Source of the DNA: Marispirochaeta sp.
GTDB lineage: Bacteria > Spirochaetota > Spirochaetia > JC444 > Marispirochaetaceae
Direction of reading: 5' to 3'
Length of the DNA stretch: 64,000 bases
Assembly: GCA_963667435.1 (NCBI GenBank)
Contig: OY763414.1
Span: forward strand, 2,175,773 to 2,239,772
The notes under the pieces are model-generated. The model saw nothing but the letters and a program-made list of their open reading frames with translations. It was not told where the DNA came from and did no database searches. Positions 28,277-36,481 of the stretch are shown piece after piece. Each line of letters begins with the position of its first letter. The stretch's first letter is position 1. The translations under genes and the position numbers were made by a program.

Positions 28277-28307
28277 TCATTCATGGTGGTAATATCACCA
28301 TGAATGA
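28277..28307. promoter_or_regulatory. Perfect 12-bp inverted repeat TCATTCATGGTG-N7-CACCATGAATGA overlapping the start codon of the DUF1893 gene that heads the metal ABC operon. Candidate metalloregulator operator and/or mRNA hairpin occluding the start codon.
   Basis: The arms are exact reverse complements. ATG 28304 lies inside the right arm. No strong SD is present. Confidence 0.4.
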
Positions 28308-28690
28308 ACATAAACAACCAGACATCACCATCCCTTGAGGTGTTCAACAATTCAACCCTGATCTTCAGCCATGACGGTAAATGGCTGCACCCTCTGTTTG
28401 CCCTGGAAGAATTCCTCACCACCCATGGTCCGGTTACCGGAGATATGCAGCTCAGAGACAAAATAATAGGAAAGGCCGCTGCCATGCTTATCTACCGCCT
28501 GGGCTTCAGGACTATTCATGCCGGTATAATCAGCAGTCTGGCGGTTGATTTTCTTCAAGGAAAACAGGTTAAGCTCTCCTGGGATCAGCTGGTTGATCAG
28601 ATACAGTGTAGAACAGAAGCCCTGTATGCCGATAAGGGTGATGTTGATCAGGCCTGGTCGGAACTGAGAAAGCGGGCCGGTCTTGAATGA
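28304..28690 (+). CDS. Small DUF1893 (TM1506-like) protein, translationally coupled to the metal ABC ATPase.
   Basis: 128 aa with the IGKAAAML motif recalled for DUF1893. Its stop overlaps the start of the next gene (ATGA). Confidence 0.45.
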   Translation: MNINNQTSPSLEVFNNSTLIFSHDGKWLHPLFALEEFLTTHGPVTGDMQLRDKIIGKAAAMLIYRLGFRTIHAGIISSLAVDFLQGKQVKLSWDQLVDQIQCRTEALYADKGDVDQAWSELRKRAGLE

Positions 28691-29340
28691 CAGATTCACT
28701 TTTATCCTTTAGCAGCGTTTTTGTAAGCCGGGGAAACAGACGTGTCCTGAGAGATCTTTCATTCCGGATCAACCGGGGAGAGCGGCTGATTCTCACCGGT
28801 GAAAACGGCAGCGGAAAAACCACCCTCCTGAAAACAGCCCTCGGATTTCTCCAGCCCGATTCCGGCAGTATTTCTGCTGCCAGGGGCAATGGTGGAGACC
28901 GCTTTGCCTATCTTCCCCAGGAATCCCTGCTGGGAGAACTGCCCATATCCTCCAGAGAAGTGGTCTGCATCGGCCTGGTTAACACCAGACTCTCAAGGAA
29001 AGAGATGTACCTGAAGGCAGAAGATCTGCTTGAAAGCCTGGACTGTCTGAATCTTGCAAACCGTCCGTTCGCACAGCTTTCCGGTGGAGAGAAGCAAAGG
29101 GTGTCCCTTGCACGCTGCCTTGCCCAGGCACCGGATCTGCTGATTCTTGATGAACCCACAGCAAGTCTTGATCCCGGTATGCGCAACCGCTTTTACCCCC
29201 TGCTGCTACAGCTGGCGGAACAGCATCAGACAGCAGTTCTGCTGGTTACCCATGATCTCTCAGGTATACCCGCCGAAGGATGGAACCGTATGCGGCTGGT
29301 TCAGCAAATAGACTCCACCATTCTGGAAGCGACTGCATAA
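28687..29340 (+). CDS. Metal (Zn/Mn) ABC transporter ATP-binding protein.
   Basis: Walker A GENGSGKTT, signature LSGGEKQRVSLARCL and Walker B ILDEPT. The short (217 aa) ZnuC/TroB type. Confidence 0.8.
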   Translation: MTDSLLSFSSVFVSRGNRRVLRDLSFRINRGERLILTGENGSGKTTLLKTALGFLQPDSGSISAARGNGGDRFAYLPQESLLGELPISSREVVCIGLVNTRLSRKEMYLKAEDLLESLDCLNLANRPFAQLSGGEKQRVSLARCLAQAPDLLILDEPTASLDPGMRNRFYPLLLQLAEQHQTAVLLVTHDLSGIPAEGWNRMRLVQQIDSTILEATA

Positions 29341-30149
29341 TGCTTGAATATCTTGTACTGCCTCCCATTCAGCGGGGATTGATGGCCCTTATAGCAGCAA
29401 GCATAGCCTTTCCCCTGATTGGGGTATTTGTTATTCGTATGAATCTGATAACCCTTCGCTTTATGCTTATGCACGGAGCCCTGTTAGGCAGCGCCCTGGC
29501 CATGGGAATGCACCTGTCACCCCTTACCGGAAGCCTGGCGGTTAATGTTCTGCTTATTATCCTGCTAATCAGCGTTACCGGCAGGGGAGAATTCCGAACC
29601 GGCAACACTATTACTTTCTTTATGGTGCTCAGTGTAGCACTTGCGGTTATTGTCATTTATAAAGCCGATGTTCCCGCCAAGGATGCACTCAGTATCCTCT
29701 GGGGAAACCTCTACGCCGTCCGCCCCCTTGAATTAGGGCTTAATGCAGGCGTCTGTGCCGCCGTTGTACTGTCTATCATCGCCACCAGGCGGAGGCTTAC
29801 TGCAGTGCTCTTTAACTATGAGATTGCCACAACCTCCGGTATAGCAGCGGAACGGTACAGAAGAACCATCCTCCTGGGTACGGGTATCGCCATTGCCGTA
29901 TCTATGCGGCTGGTTGGCGCCCTGCTGATGGACTCCCTCATACTGCTGCCGGCATTTTCCTCCCTGATGATTGCCGGAAGCACTCTGGGGATGTTCATGT
30001 TTTCATCACTTCTGGGCCTTTCGGCAGCTCTGGCCGGCTTCCTCCTCTCCATACTCTGGGATATTCCGGTAAGTGCCGGCGTCACACTTATTTCTGCTCT
30101 CATTTTCGGGACACTGGTCCTGTATAAATCACTAAGGAGAAACGGATGA
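29340..30149 (+). CDS. Metal ABC transporter permease (ABC-3 / ZnuB / TroC family).
   Basis: Eight or more hydrophobic helices. The N-terminal PPIQRGLMALIAASIAFPLIGVFVIRMNLITLRFMLMHGALLGSA is typical of ABC-3 permeases. The TAATG start overlaps the upstream stop. Confidence 0.8.
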   Translation: MLEYLVLPPIQRGLMALIAASIAFPLIGVFVIRMNLITLRFMLMHGALLGSALAMGMHLSPLTGSLAVNVLLIILLISVTGRGEFRTGNTITFFMVLSVALAVIVIYKADVPAKDALSILWGNLYAVRPLELGLNAGVCAAVVLSIIATRRRLTAVLFNYEIATTSGIAAERYRRTILLGTGIAIAVSMRLVGALLMDSLILLPAFSSLMIAGSTLGMFMFSSLLGLSAALAGFLLSILWDIPVSAGVTLISALIFGTLVLYKSLRRNG

Positions 30150-30901
30150 ATCGTTTTCTTACTGTTATTTTTACCCTTTTATTAAGCTTTTCTCTTTTTG
30201 CCGGAGGATCTCCGGAAAAGGAAGATTCAAATTCTGTAATCGCCACTACATCCTGGACTGCAGCCTTTGCCGAGGTTGCAGGAGTTACTGATGCAGCAGT
30301 ACTTGCACCTTACGATCTGCAGCACCCGCCGGAGTATGAAATTACCCCCTCGGATATCAAGGCTGTCAGCGAAGCGGAGATGATTATCTATGCGGGCTAT
30401 GAAGTTATGATGGAGCGGTTGAAGGAAGCCGCCGGCAATAATGCGAAAATGGTACAGATTACCACCGTCAACACCCTGCCTGTAATCACCGAATCGGTTC
30501 GGCTCATCGCAGACGCAGCGGGAACCCAGGAGGCTGCGGAAGCCAACCTGAAGGAAATTCAGACTTTCTTTGCAGACTGGAAGAAAGAACTGGCACCATA
30601 CGCTGATGTCCAGGTAATTACCCACTCCTTTCTATCGGGCCTTGCACAGAGCCTCGGGCTAACCGTAGCAGGAACCTACGGCCCGGCGCCCCTGGAGGCC
30701 AAACAGTTGAAAGAACTCACCGACACCGGCGCCAGGGTGATAATCGACAACTGGCACACAAAAGTGGGGCAGCCACTGGTGGAAACAATGCCCGAGGCAA
30801 AAACCGCGGTACTGATCAATTTCCCCGGAAAGGACGGAACCCGGACCCTCATGGACGTACTCGAATACGACCGGGCGGCCATGCTTGCAGCCTTCCGCTG
30901 A
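30146..30901 (+). CDS. Metal-binding lipoprotein, ZnuA/TroA-like (cluster A-I substrate-binding protein); a short variant.
   Basis: Lipoprotein signal ...LFAGG and YDLQHPPEYEITPSDIKAVSEAEMIIYAGYEVM (HxxEYExxPSD metal-site region). 251 aa. Confidence 0.6.
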   Translation: MNRFLTVIFTLLLSFSLFAGGSPEKEDSNSVIATTSWTAAFAEVAGVTDAAVLAPYDLQHPPEYEITPSDIKAVSEAEMIIYAGYEVMMERLKEAAGNNAKMVQITTVNTLPVITESVRLIADAAGTQEAAEANLKEIQTFFADWKKELAPYADVQVITHSFLSGLAQSLGLTVAGTYGPAPLEAKQLKELTDTGARVIIDNWHTKVGQPLVETMPEAKTAVLINFPGKDGTRTLMDVLEYDRAAMLAAFR

Positions 30902-30926
30902 CCCCTACCATAAATAAAACTGTTCT

Positions 30927-30958
30927 ACCGTTCCCCTCCCGGGGAACGGTTTTTTTTT
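30927..30958 (+). terminator. Rho-independent terminator of the metal ABC operon.
   Basis: ACCGTTCCCC-TCCC-GGGGAACGGT stem followed by T9. Confidence 0.7.
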
Positions 30959-30969
30959 GCAGGAAAATC

Positions 30970-30998
30970 TTGACAGATCACAAAAGTAGTACTAAATT
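30970..30998 (+). promoter_or_regulatory. Sigma70-like promoter of the gntR operon: -35 TTGACA (30970-30975), 17-bp spacer, -10 TAAATT (30993-30998).
   Basis: Consensus -35 with ideal spacing, located 55 bp upstream of the gntR ATG. Confidence 0.45.
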
Positions 30999-31022
30999 CA
31001 TATTGTACTAATTCATTAGTAC
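30988..31022. promoter_or_regulatory. GntR-type operator: perfect palindrome GTACTAATTCATTAGTAC (31005-31022) plus an overlapping GTACTAAATTCATATTGTAC half-related box (30988-31007).
   Basis: GT-N(x)-AC palindromes are the canonical GntR-family recognition pattern. The site overlaps the -10 and TSS region of the promoter and lies immediately upstream of the GntR gene. Confidence 0.4.
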
Positions 31023-31051
31023 AATTTCTGCCCGGGAGGCAGTATCACATC

Positions 31052-31444
31052 ATGGCACCTAAGAAAACCGATACCCTGCAGTTCACCATCGACCAGAAAA
31101 GCGGCGTGCCCTTCTATAAACAGATTATTCTACAGATTGAAATGGCCATAGCAGACAATCGCATTACCCGGGGAGATCAGCTTCCCACCGTACGCAGTCT
31201 TGCCGTGGAACTTCAGATAAATCCGAATACCGTTGCCAGGGCATACGGAGAACTGGAAATCCGCGGCATCGTGAACACCCAGCAGGGAACCGGCACCTTC
31301 ATTGCCGACAAAGAGATTCAGCTGGATGAAATTGAACGGGAACGTATTCTCGCTGAACTTACCCGGAATTTTATAACCAGAGCCGGATCCTACGGATTCA
31401 CCGTGGAAGACATAACGGCTTATCTTCAGGAAATAAGCAAATAA
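31052..31444 (+). CDS. GntR-family transcriptional regulator (short YtrA-like subfamily).
   Basis: wHTH: GDQLPTVRSLAVELQINPNTVARAYGELEIRGIV. It is 130 aa with a short C-terminal dimerization helix. Confidence 0.8.
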   Translation: MAPKKTDTLQFTIDQKSGVPFYKQIILQIEMAIADNRITRGDQLPTVRSLAVELQINPNTVARAYGELEIRGIVNTQQGTGTFIADKEIQLDEIERERILAELTRNFITRAGSYGFTVEDITAYLQEISK

Positions 31445-31457
31445 GGAGGATCAGATT

Positions 31458-32543
31458 GTGAAACTGAACATAAACGGGGCGGACTTCTCCCGGATAAAAA
31501 ATCAACCCCGAAAAAAATTTGTCAGGGATTTTCATTTTTCCACCTATTCATTTCTGACCCTGTTCCTGTTCACCGGACTGAGCGTAGGAGCACTGCTTCT
31601 GCGCTATTCCTGGGTCTCCCCGGAATCCGTGGCCTCAATCGGGGCGGGGATGGTTCTCGCTGGGCTTTTGATGTCCATGTTCCCCGTATGGAGTGTTCAG
31701 GTCCTCTCTCTGATCATCACCTGGGGTATCATGGCCTCCTTCGGCCGCATTGCCTATGCACCGGCCTATATTACCTCCGGCCTCGGGATTCTGTTTTCAG
31801 CGTCGGTTCAGCTGGTTTTTCACTGGGACAAGGTGGTCATCCTGCGCTTCGGACGTTTTCGCCGGGTAAAAGATGCAGGCATTATCATTCTTTTTCCCAT
31901 AATTGACCGCATAGCTGATTTTGTGGATACCCGTATCCGCGTCACTGATTTCAGCGCCGAACGCACCCTTACCAGGGATAACGTACCAGTCCACATAGAT
32001 GCTCTCTGTTTCTGGATGATATGGGATGCCGGTAAGGCTATCCTCGAGGTGGAAAACTACATTCAGGCGGTTACCCTCTCTGCCCAGACCGCTCTCAGGG
32101 ATGCCATTGGCAAGAACGATCTTTCAACTCTCCTTTCCGAGAGGGAGGAAGTAGGAAAAGAAATACAGCGAATACTGGATGCGAAAACCAATCCCTGGGG
32201 TATCAGTATTTTTTCCGTGGAATTTACGGACATCCTCATTCCAAAAGAGCTTGAAGATGCTATGAGCCGAAAAGCCCAGGCAGAGAGAGAACGACAGGCG
32301 AGGATTATCCTGGGAACTGCGGAAGCCGAAGTGGCTTCAAAGTTTGAAGAGGCGGCCCGGGCGTATAAAGATAATCCCGAGGCTCTGCAGCTGAGAGCCA
32401 TGAACATGGTCTACGAGGCAATGAAGCAGAACAAAAACTCACTGATGCTGCTGCCCTCTTCGGCCCTTGAATCAATGAATCTCGGCACCGTGATGGGGGC
32501 GGCCGCCTACCAGAAGGAGGAAAAGAATGATCAAGGTACATGA
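31458..32543 (+). CDS. SPFH / band-7 (stomatin/HflK/C-like) membrane protein.
   Basis: N-terminal TM helices followed by the SPFH core (VVILRFGRFRRV...TRDNVPVHIDALCFWMIWD...) and a coiled-coil/Ala-rich C-terminus. Confidence 0.75.
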   Translation: MKLNINGADFSRIKNQPRKKFVRDFHFSTYSFLTLFLFTGLSVGALLLRYSWVSPESVASIGAGMVLAGLLMSMFPVWSVQVLSLIITWGIMASFGRIAYAPAYITSGLGILFSASVQLVFHWDKVVILRFGRFRRVKDAGIIILFPIIDRIADFVDTRIRVTDFSAERTLTRDNVPVHIDALCFWMIWDAGKAILEVENYIQAVTLSAQTALRDAIGKNDLSTLLSEREEVGKEIQRILDAKTNPWGISIFSVEFTDILIPKELEDAMSRKAQAERERQARIILGTAEAEVASKFEEAARAYKDNPEALQLRAMNMVYEAMKQNKNSLMLLPSSALESMNLGTVMGAAAYQKEEKNDQGT

Positions 32544-33204
32544 TATCGTAAAAGACTATACCAGCGGTGAAACCACCGTTCATGCTTTAAGAGGCGTAAG
32601 CCTGGAGATTGAAGGCGGAGATTTCCTCTCCATTGCCGGTCCTTCAGGCTCGGGGAAGACAACACTCCTCAACATTATCGGCTGCATAGATTCCTCCGAT
32701 GCCGGTGAAATTATCATTGGGGACCAGAAAGTCTCATCCATGACCAAAAAAGAATTGGCTCACTTCAGGCGACATAACCTGGGATTTGTTTTTCAGTCCT
32801 TCAACCTGATCCCGGTATTGTCAGCCTATGAAAATGTCGCGTTTGCCCTCAACCTGCTCAACATGAAGGAAGAGGAGATCCGGGAACGCACTATGCACCT
32901 GCTGAAAGAAGTAGGTCTGGAAGGCATGGAAAACCGCAGGCCCGCCAAGCTTTCCGGAGGACAGCAGCAGAGAGTTGCCATTGCCCGGGCCCTTATTAAA
33001 AACCCCGGAATAATACTGGCGGACGAACCTACAGCCAACCTTGATTCGGATACCGGCAAGGCAGTTCTTGAACTCATGAAGCAAATGAACGAAAAACACA
33101 AAGCCACCTTTATCTTTTCAACCCACGACCCCATGGTAATGGATTTCGCGGACAGACTGGTACAGCTCCATGATGGCCGCATAACTCAGGATACGAGGAG
33201 GTGA
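32527..33204 (+). CDS. ABC transporter ATP-binding protein, LolD/MacB-type.
   Basis: Walker A GPSGSGKTT, signature LSGGQQQRVAIARAL and Walker B ILADEPT. The N-terminal V.DYTSGETTV.ALRGVSL pattern is typical of the LolD/MacB/FtsE family. Confidence 0.85.
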   Translation: MIKVHDIVKDYTSGETTVHALRGVSLEIEGGDFLSIAGPSGSGKTTLLNIIGCIDSSDAGEIIIGDQKVSSMTKKELAHFRRHNLGFVFQSFNLIPVLSAYENVAFALNLLNMKEEEIRERTMHLLKEVGLEGMENRRPAKLSGGQQQRVAIARALIKNPGIILADEPTANLDSDTGKAVLELMKQMNEKHKATFIFSTHDPMVMDFADRLVQLHDGRITQDTRR

Positions 33205-33207
33205 TGT

Positions 33208-34461
33208 ATGAAATTCCTCCTTTCACTGGCCTTTAAAAACCTTACCAGGTATACAAAAAGAACAGTAATCACCGCATCGGCAATTGCCTTCGGTCTTGGT
33301 TTGTTCATCTTCATGGACAGCTGGCTGAAGGGCATGGAACGCGATTCGGAGATAAACCTGATTAACTACGAAACGGGTTCAGCCCAGATAATGCACCCCG
33401 GCTATCTTGACGAGCGGGACACACTCCCCCTGAAATACACCATCCCGAATTCTCCCGATATAACCGGGCTCCTGAAAGAAAAGGGCTACCCCGCAGCTCC
33501 CCGGATACACTTTACCGCCGAACTTTTTGTCAGGGAAGATCCCTATCCGGAGGACGGTTCCCTTTTTGTTACCGCCGTAGCGATAGATCCGGAAAAGGAT
33601 GACTCGGTATTCAAAATGAAGGAGACCCTCAGCAGCGGTCGCTATCTAAAACCCGATGATAACGGTGTACTCATCGGAGAATGGCTTGCCAGCGACCTTG
33701 GAGCAGAAGTCGGTTACCCCATCACCCTTAAAACCCGCACCAGAAACGGCGCATACGAGACAATGGACCTAAAGGTAACAGGAATCCTCAACGTACCCAA
33801 TCCGCTCCTCAACAAAGGTACAGTTTTTCTCCCATTGAACCTGGCGGACTACTATCTGGATATGGACGGAGAAGTTACAGAAATCGCCATAAAATTCGGT
33901 TTGAGCAAAGACCCCGACACCGAGGCTGCCGGCATTGAGAGCATGCTGAACAGTAACGGTCTCAACATAAAAGTTAACTCATGGGGGGAGCTTGCACGAG
34001 ATTATGTTGCCATAGCCTCCATGAAATCCGGAGGCTCAAAGGTAATACTCTTCCTGGTAATTGTAATCGCCATGGTGGGGATATCAAATACCATGCTGAT
34101 GGCTGTCTTCGAGCGGGTCCGGGAGTTGGGAATGATGCGTGCCATGGGCATGTCCCCGGGGCAAATTCGCCTGGCTTTTCTCTTTGAAGCAGGGGGTATC
34201 GGTCTTATTGGCTCCATAATAGGGGTAATCTTCGGCTGCCTGATAAACTGGCCCTTTGTAGTATGGGGATGGGATCTAACTGATATGATCCAGCAGATGG
34301 ACATAGGCTACCGTATTTCCGGCGCATTCCGCAGTATGTGGCGGCTGCCGTCAATCATCCAGTCCTTTTTTGCAGGGATAATTATTGCCATGGCTGTTGC
34401 CCTGATTCCCATCCGGCGGGCATTGAAAATGCAGATTACCGACTGTCTGAGAGACGAGTAG
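33208..34461 (+). CDS. FtsX-family ABC transporter permease (LolC/E / MacB-like) with a large periplasmic loop between TM1 and TM2.
   Basis: N-terminal A.KNLTRYTKRT + TM1, a periplasmic domain of about 230 aa, then 3 C-terminal TM helices with the conserved RE.G..RA.G core. Confidence 0.8.
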   Translation: MKFLLSLAFKNLTRYTKRTVITASAIAFGLGLFIFMDSWLKGMERDSEINLINYETGSAQIMHPGYLDERDTLPLKYTIPNSPDITGLLKEKGYPAAPRIHFTAELFVREDPYPEDGSLFVTAVAIDPEKDDSVFKMKETLSSGRYLKPDDNGVLIGEWLASDLGAEVGYPITLKTRTRNGAYETMDLKVTGILNVPNPLLNKGTVFLPLNLADYYLDMDGEVTEIAIKFGLSKDPDTEAAGIESMLNSNGLNIKVNSWGELARDYVAIASMKSGGSKVILFLVIVIAMVGISNTMLMAVFERVRELGMMRAMGMSPGQIRLAFLFEAGGIGLIGSIIGVIFGCLINWPFVVWGWDLTDMIQQMDIGYRISGAFRSMWRLPSIIQSFFAGIIIAMAVALIPIRRALKMQITDCLRDE

Positions 34462-34471
34462 GGAGGGCAGG

Positions 34472-35716
34472 ATGAAACTATCACACATAGCCTTCAGGAA
34501 TATCAGCCGCAACCGCCGCCGCAGTCTTCTCTGTATGGCAGCCATAAGCCTTGCGGCAATGACCATAGTACTGATGTTCAGCATGATTACCGGGATGAGG
34601 GCAGACCTCAAATGGAATGTGCAAGCCTATTTCACCGGGCAGATCCGCATCCGTAACAGCGAGTATGATGATAAAGAGCTTCTCAACCCCCTGCATCTGC
34701 GCCTGCAAACCTGGAGAAATATCCTTGACAGTTTAGGCCGTCTGAACCCCGAGCCTGAAACAGTGGCCAGAATCCCCTTCCCGGCGTTTCTTGATCCGCC
34801 AACTGTTGCCAATCCTGATGGAGACAACCTTACCGCCATGGGTACAGGAGTGGATTTCAGCGCCGAGAATATGTTCCAGAACCTGGCAGAATATCTGCAT
34901 CAGGGCAGGCTGCCGGAACCGGGCAAAGCCGAAATACTCCTGGGGAGCAGTCTTGCAGAGAAGCTTGGAAAAACGGTGGGCGACAGTATCACCCTTTTAA
35001 CCACCACCATGCGCAGGGGGCCGAACGCGGCAACCTTCACAATAACAGGGCTGGCTGATTTCAGAGTCGCCGCCATGCAGCAGAGCTACTTCTACATTCC
35101 TCTGGACAGGGCTCAGCACATCCTGAAAATGGGTAATTCCGTGACAGAAATCCTGATCAAGTTCAACCCAACTGTCAGCGACAGAGAAGCCAAAGCCATG
35201 GTCAGCAGTATTCTGTCCGAGAGTGACAATGCATCAGTCAGAGACTGGCGCGAACTCAACATGATGGTTGGCTGGATTGATTTTGCTCAGATTCTGTATG
35301 ATTTCATGGCCCTGATATTCTTCATCCTGGCCTCCACGGTTATCATCAACTCCATAATGATGATTATCTACGAACGGATGAGGGAGATAGGAACTATTGC
35401 CGCAATGGGAATGCAGAGCGGAGAAATTGTACGGCTCTTTTTCCTCGAAGCCTTCTTCCTTGCCTTGTTAGGAACTGCAGTGGGAGTCCTATTTGGAACC
35501 GGACTTACCCTGATCCTGGGAATTACCGGGATAGACTTCTCTTCCGGTATGCAGGGAGTGGATTTTGATATCAGTAATGTAATCTATCCGGTGCTGAACT
35601 TTCGCTCCACGGTGGTGGTTTTTTTCTACTCCGTGGCGGTAGCATCCCTATCCAGCCTTGTTCCCACCCTTAGAGCCGCACGAATTGAGCCGGTAGATGC
35701 TCTTCGCCATACCTGA
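34472..35716 (+). CDS. Second FtsX-family ABC transporter permease (paralog of the preceding gene).
   Basis: Same architecture (A.RNISRNRRRS + TM1, periplasmic domain, 3 TM, REIGT.AAMG). Confidence 0.8.
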   Translation: MKLSHIAFRNISRNRRRSLLCMAAISLAAMTIVLMFSMITGMRADLKWNVQAYFTGQIRIRNSEYDDKELLNPLHLRLQTWRNILDSLGRLNPEPETVARIPFPAFLDPPTVANPDGDNLTAMGTGVDFSAENMFQNLAEYLHQGRLPEPGKAEILLGSSLAEKLGKTVGDSITLLTTTMRRGPNAATFTITGLADFRVAAMQQSYFYIPLDRAQHILKMGNSVTEILIKFNPTVSDREAKAMVSSILSESDNASVRDWRELNMMVGWIDFAQILYDFMALIFFILASTVIINSIMMIIYERMREIGTIAAMGMQSGEIVRLFFLEAFFLALLGTAVGVLFGTGLTLILGITGIDFSSGMQGVDFDISNVIYPVLNFRSTVVVFFYSVAVASLSSLVPTLRAARIEPVDALRHT

Positions 35717-35737
35717 ACCCGGATTAAGGAGTTTTAC

Positions 35738-36481
35738 ATGAAACAATTGTCAGCTGCATTAACCATTTTCATACTTCTCACCCTTGCCGCCACTTCACTC
35801 ACCGCCCAGTCAGCGGAAGATATTATCAGAAAAATGGAGGACAACCAGATCTCCGACTCCTCCTGGGCAAAAGGAAGAATGATTACCACCGACAAATACG
35901 GCACCATAACCCGTACCTTCATCTCCTGGTCGAAGGGCAGCGAGGATGCCCTTATCGAATTTACCAGCAAGGGTGAAGAGGGACAGAAAATTCTCCGTAC
36001 CAGGGATGAGATCTATCTCTATTTTCCCGATGCCGAGGACATTCTGCGCATCCAGGGAAGCGCAATGAGAGATTCAGTTATGGACTCTGATTTCTCTTAC
36101 GAGGATATGACGGGAGATAAAGGTCTTCTGAACGATTACAGTGCCCAGTTACTCCGACAGGAAGTAGTTAACGGCAGGAACTGTTTTGTTGTCCACCTTA
36201 CCGCAAAATCACGGTCGGTTCCCTATTACGCTCAGAATATATGGGTGGATTCCAGCCGTTTTGTCGGAGTAAAAGCGGAGAAATTCTCCAGAAGCGCAAC
36301 TCTGTTGAAAGAAATGGAGGTTCTGGACTGGAAAGAGGATGCAGGAATGCTGGTGCCGGTGCATATGATCATGCGGGATGCCATGAAGAAGGACTCCTCC
36401 ACAGAGTTCATTCTGGACACTCTGCAGCTGAATATTCCCCTGGATTCCAACCTCTTCAGCCTGGAGGAACTTACATGGTAA
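35738..36481 (+). CDS. Periplasmic LolA-like (outer-membrane lipoprotein-sorting protein family) protein.
   Basis: Signal peptide, about 220 aa mature protein, and the LolA_like/DUF1329-type pattern (AEDIIRKMED... open beta-barrel proteins of this size commonly follow FtsX permeases). Confidence 0.55.
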   Translation: MKQLSAALTIFILLTLAATSLTAQSAEDIIRKMEDNQISDSSWAKGRMITTDKYGTITRTFISWSKGSEDALIEFTSKGEEGQKILRTRDEIYLYFPDAEDILRIQGSAMRDSVMDSDFSYEDMTGDKGLLNDYSAQLLRQEVVNGRNCFVVHLTAKSRSVPYYAQNIWVDSSRFVGVKAEKFSRSATLLKEMEVLDWKEDAGMLVPVHMIMRDAMKKDSSTEFILDTLQLNIPLDSNLFSLEELTW

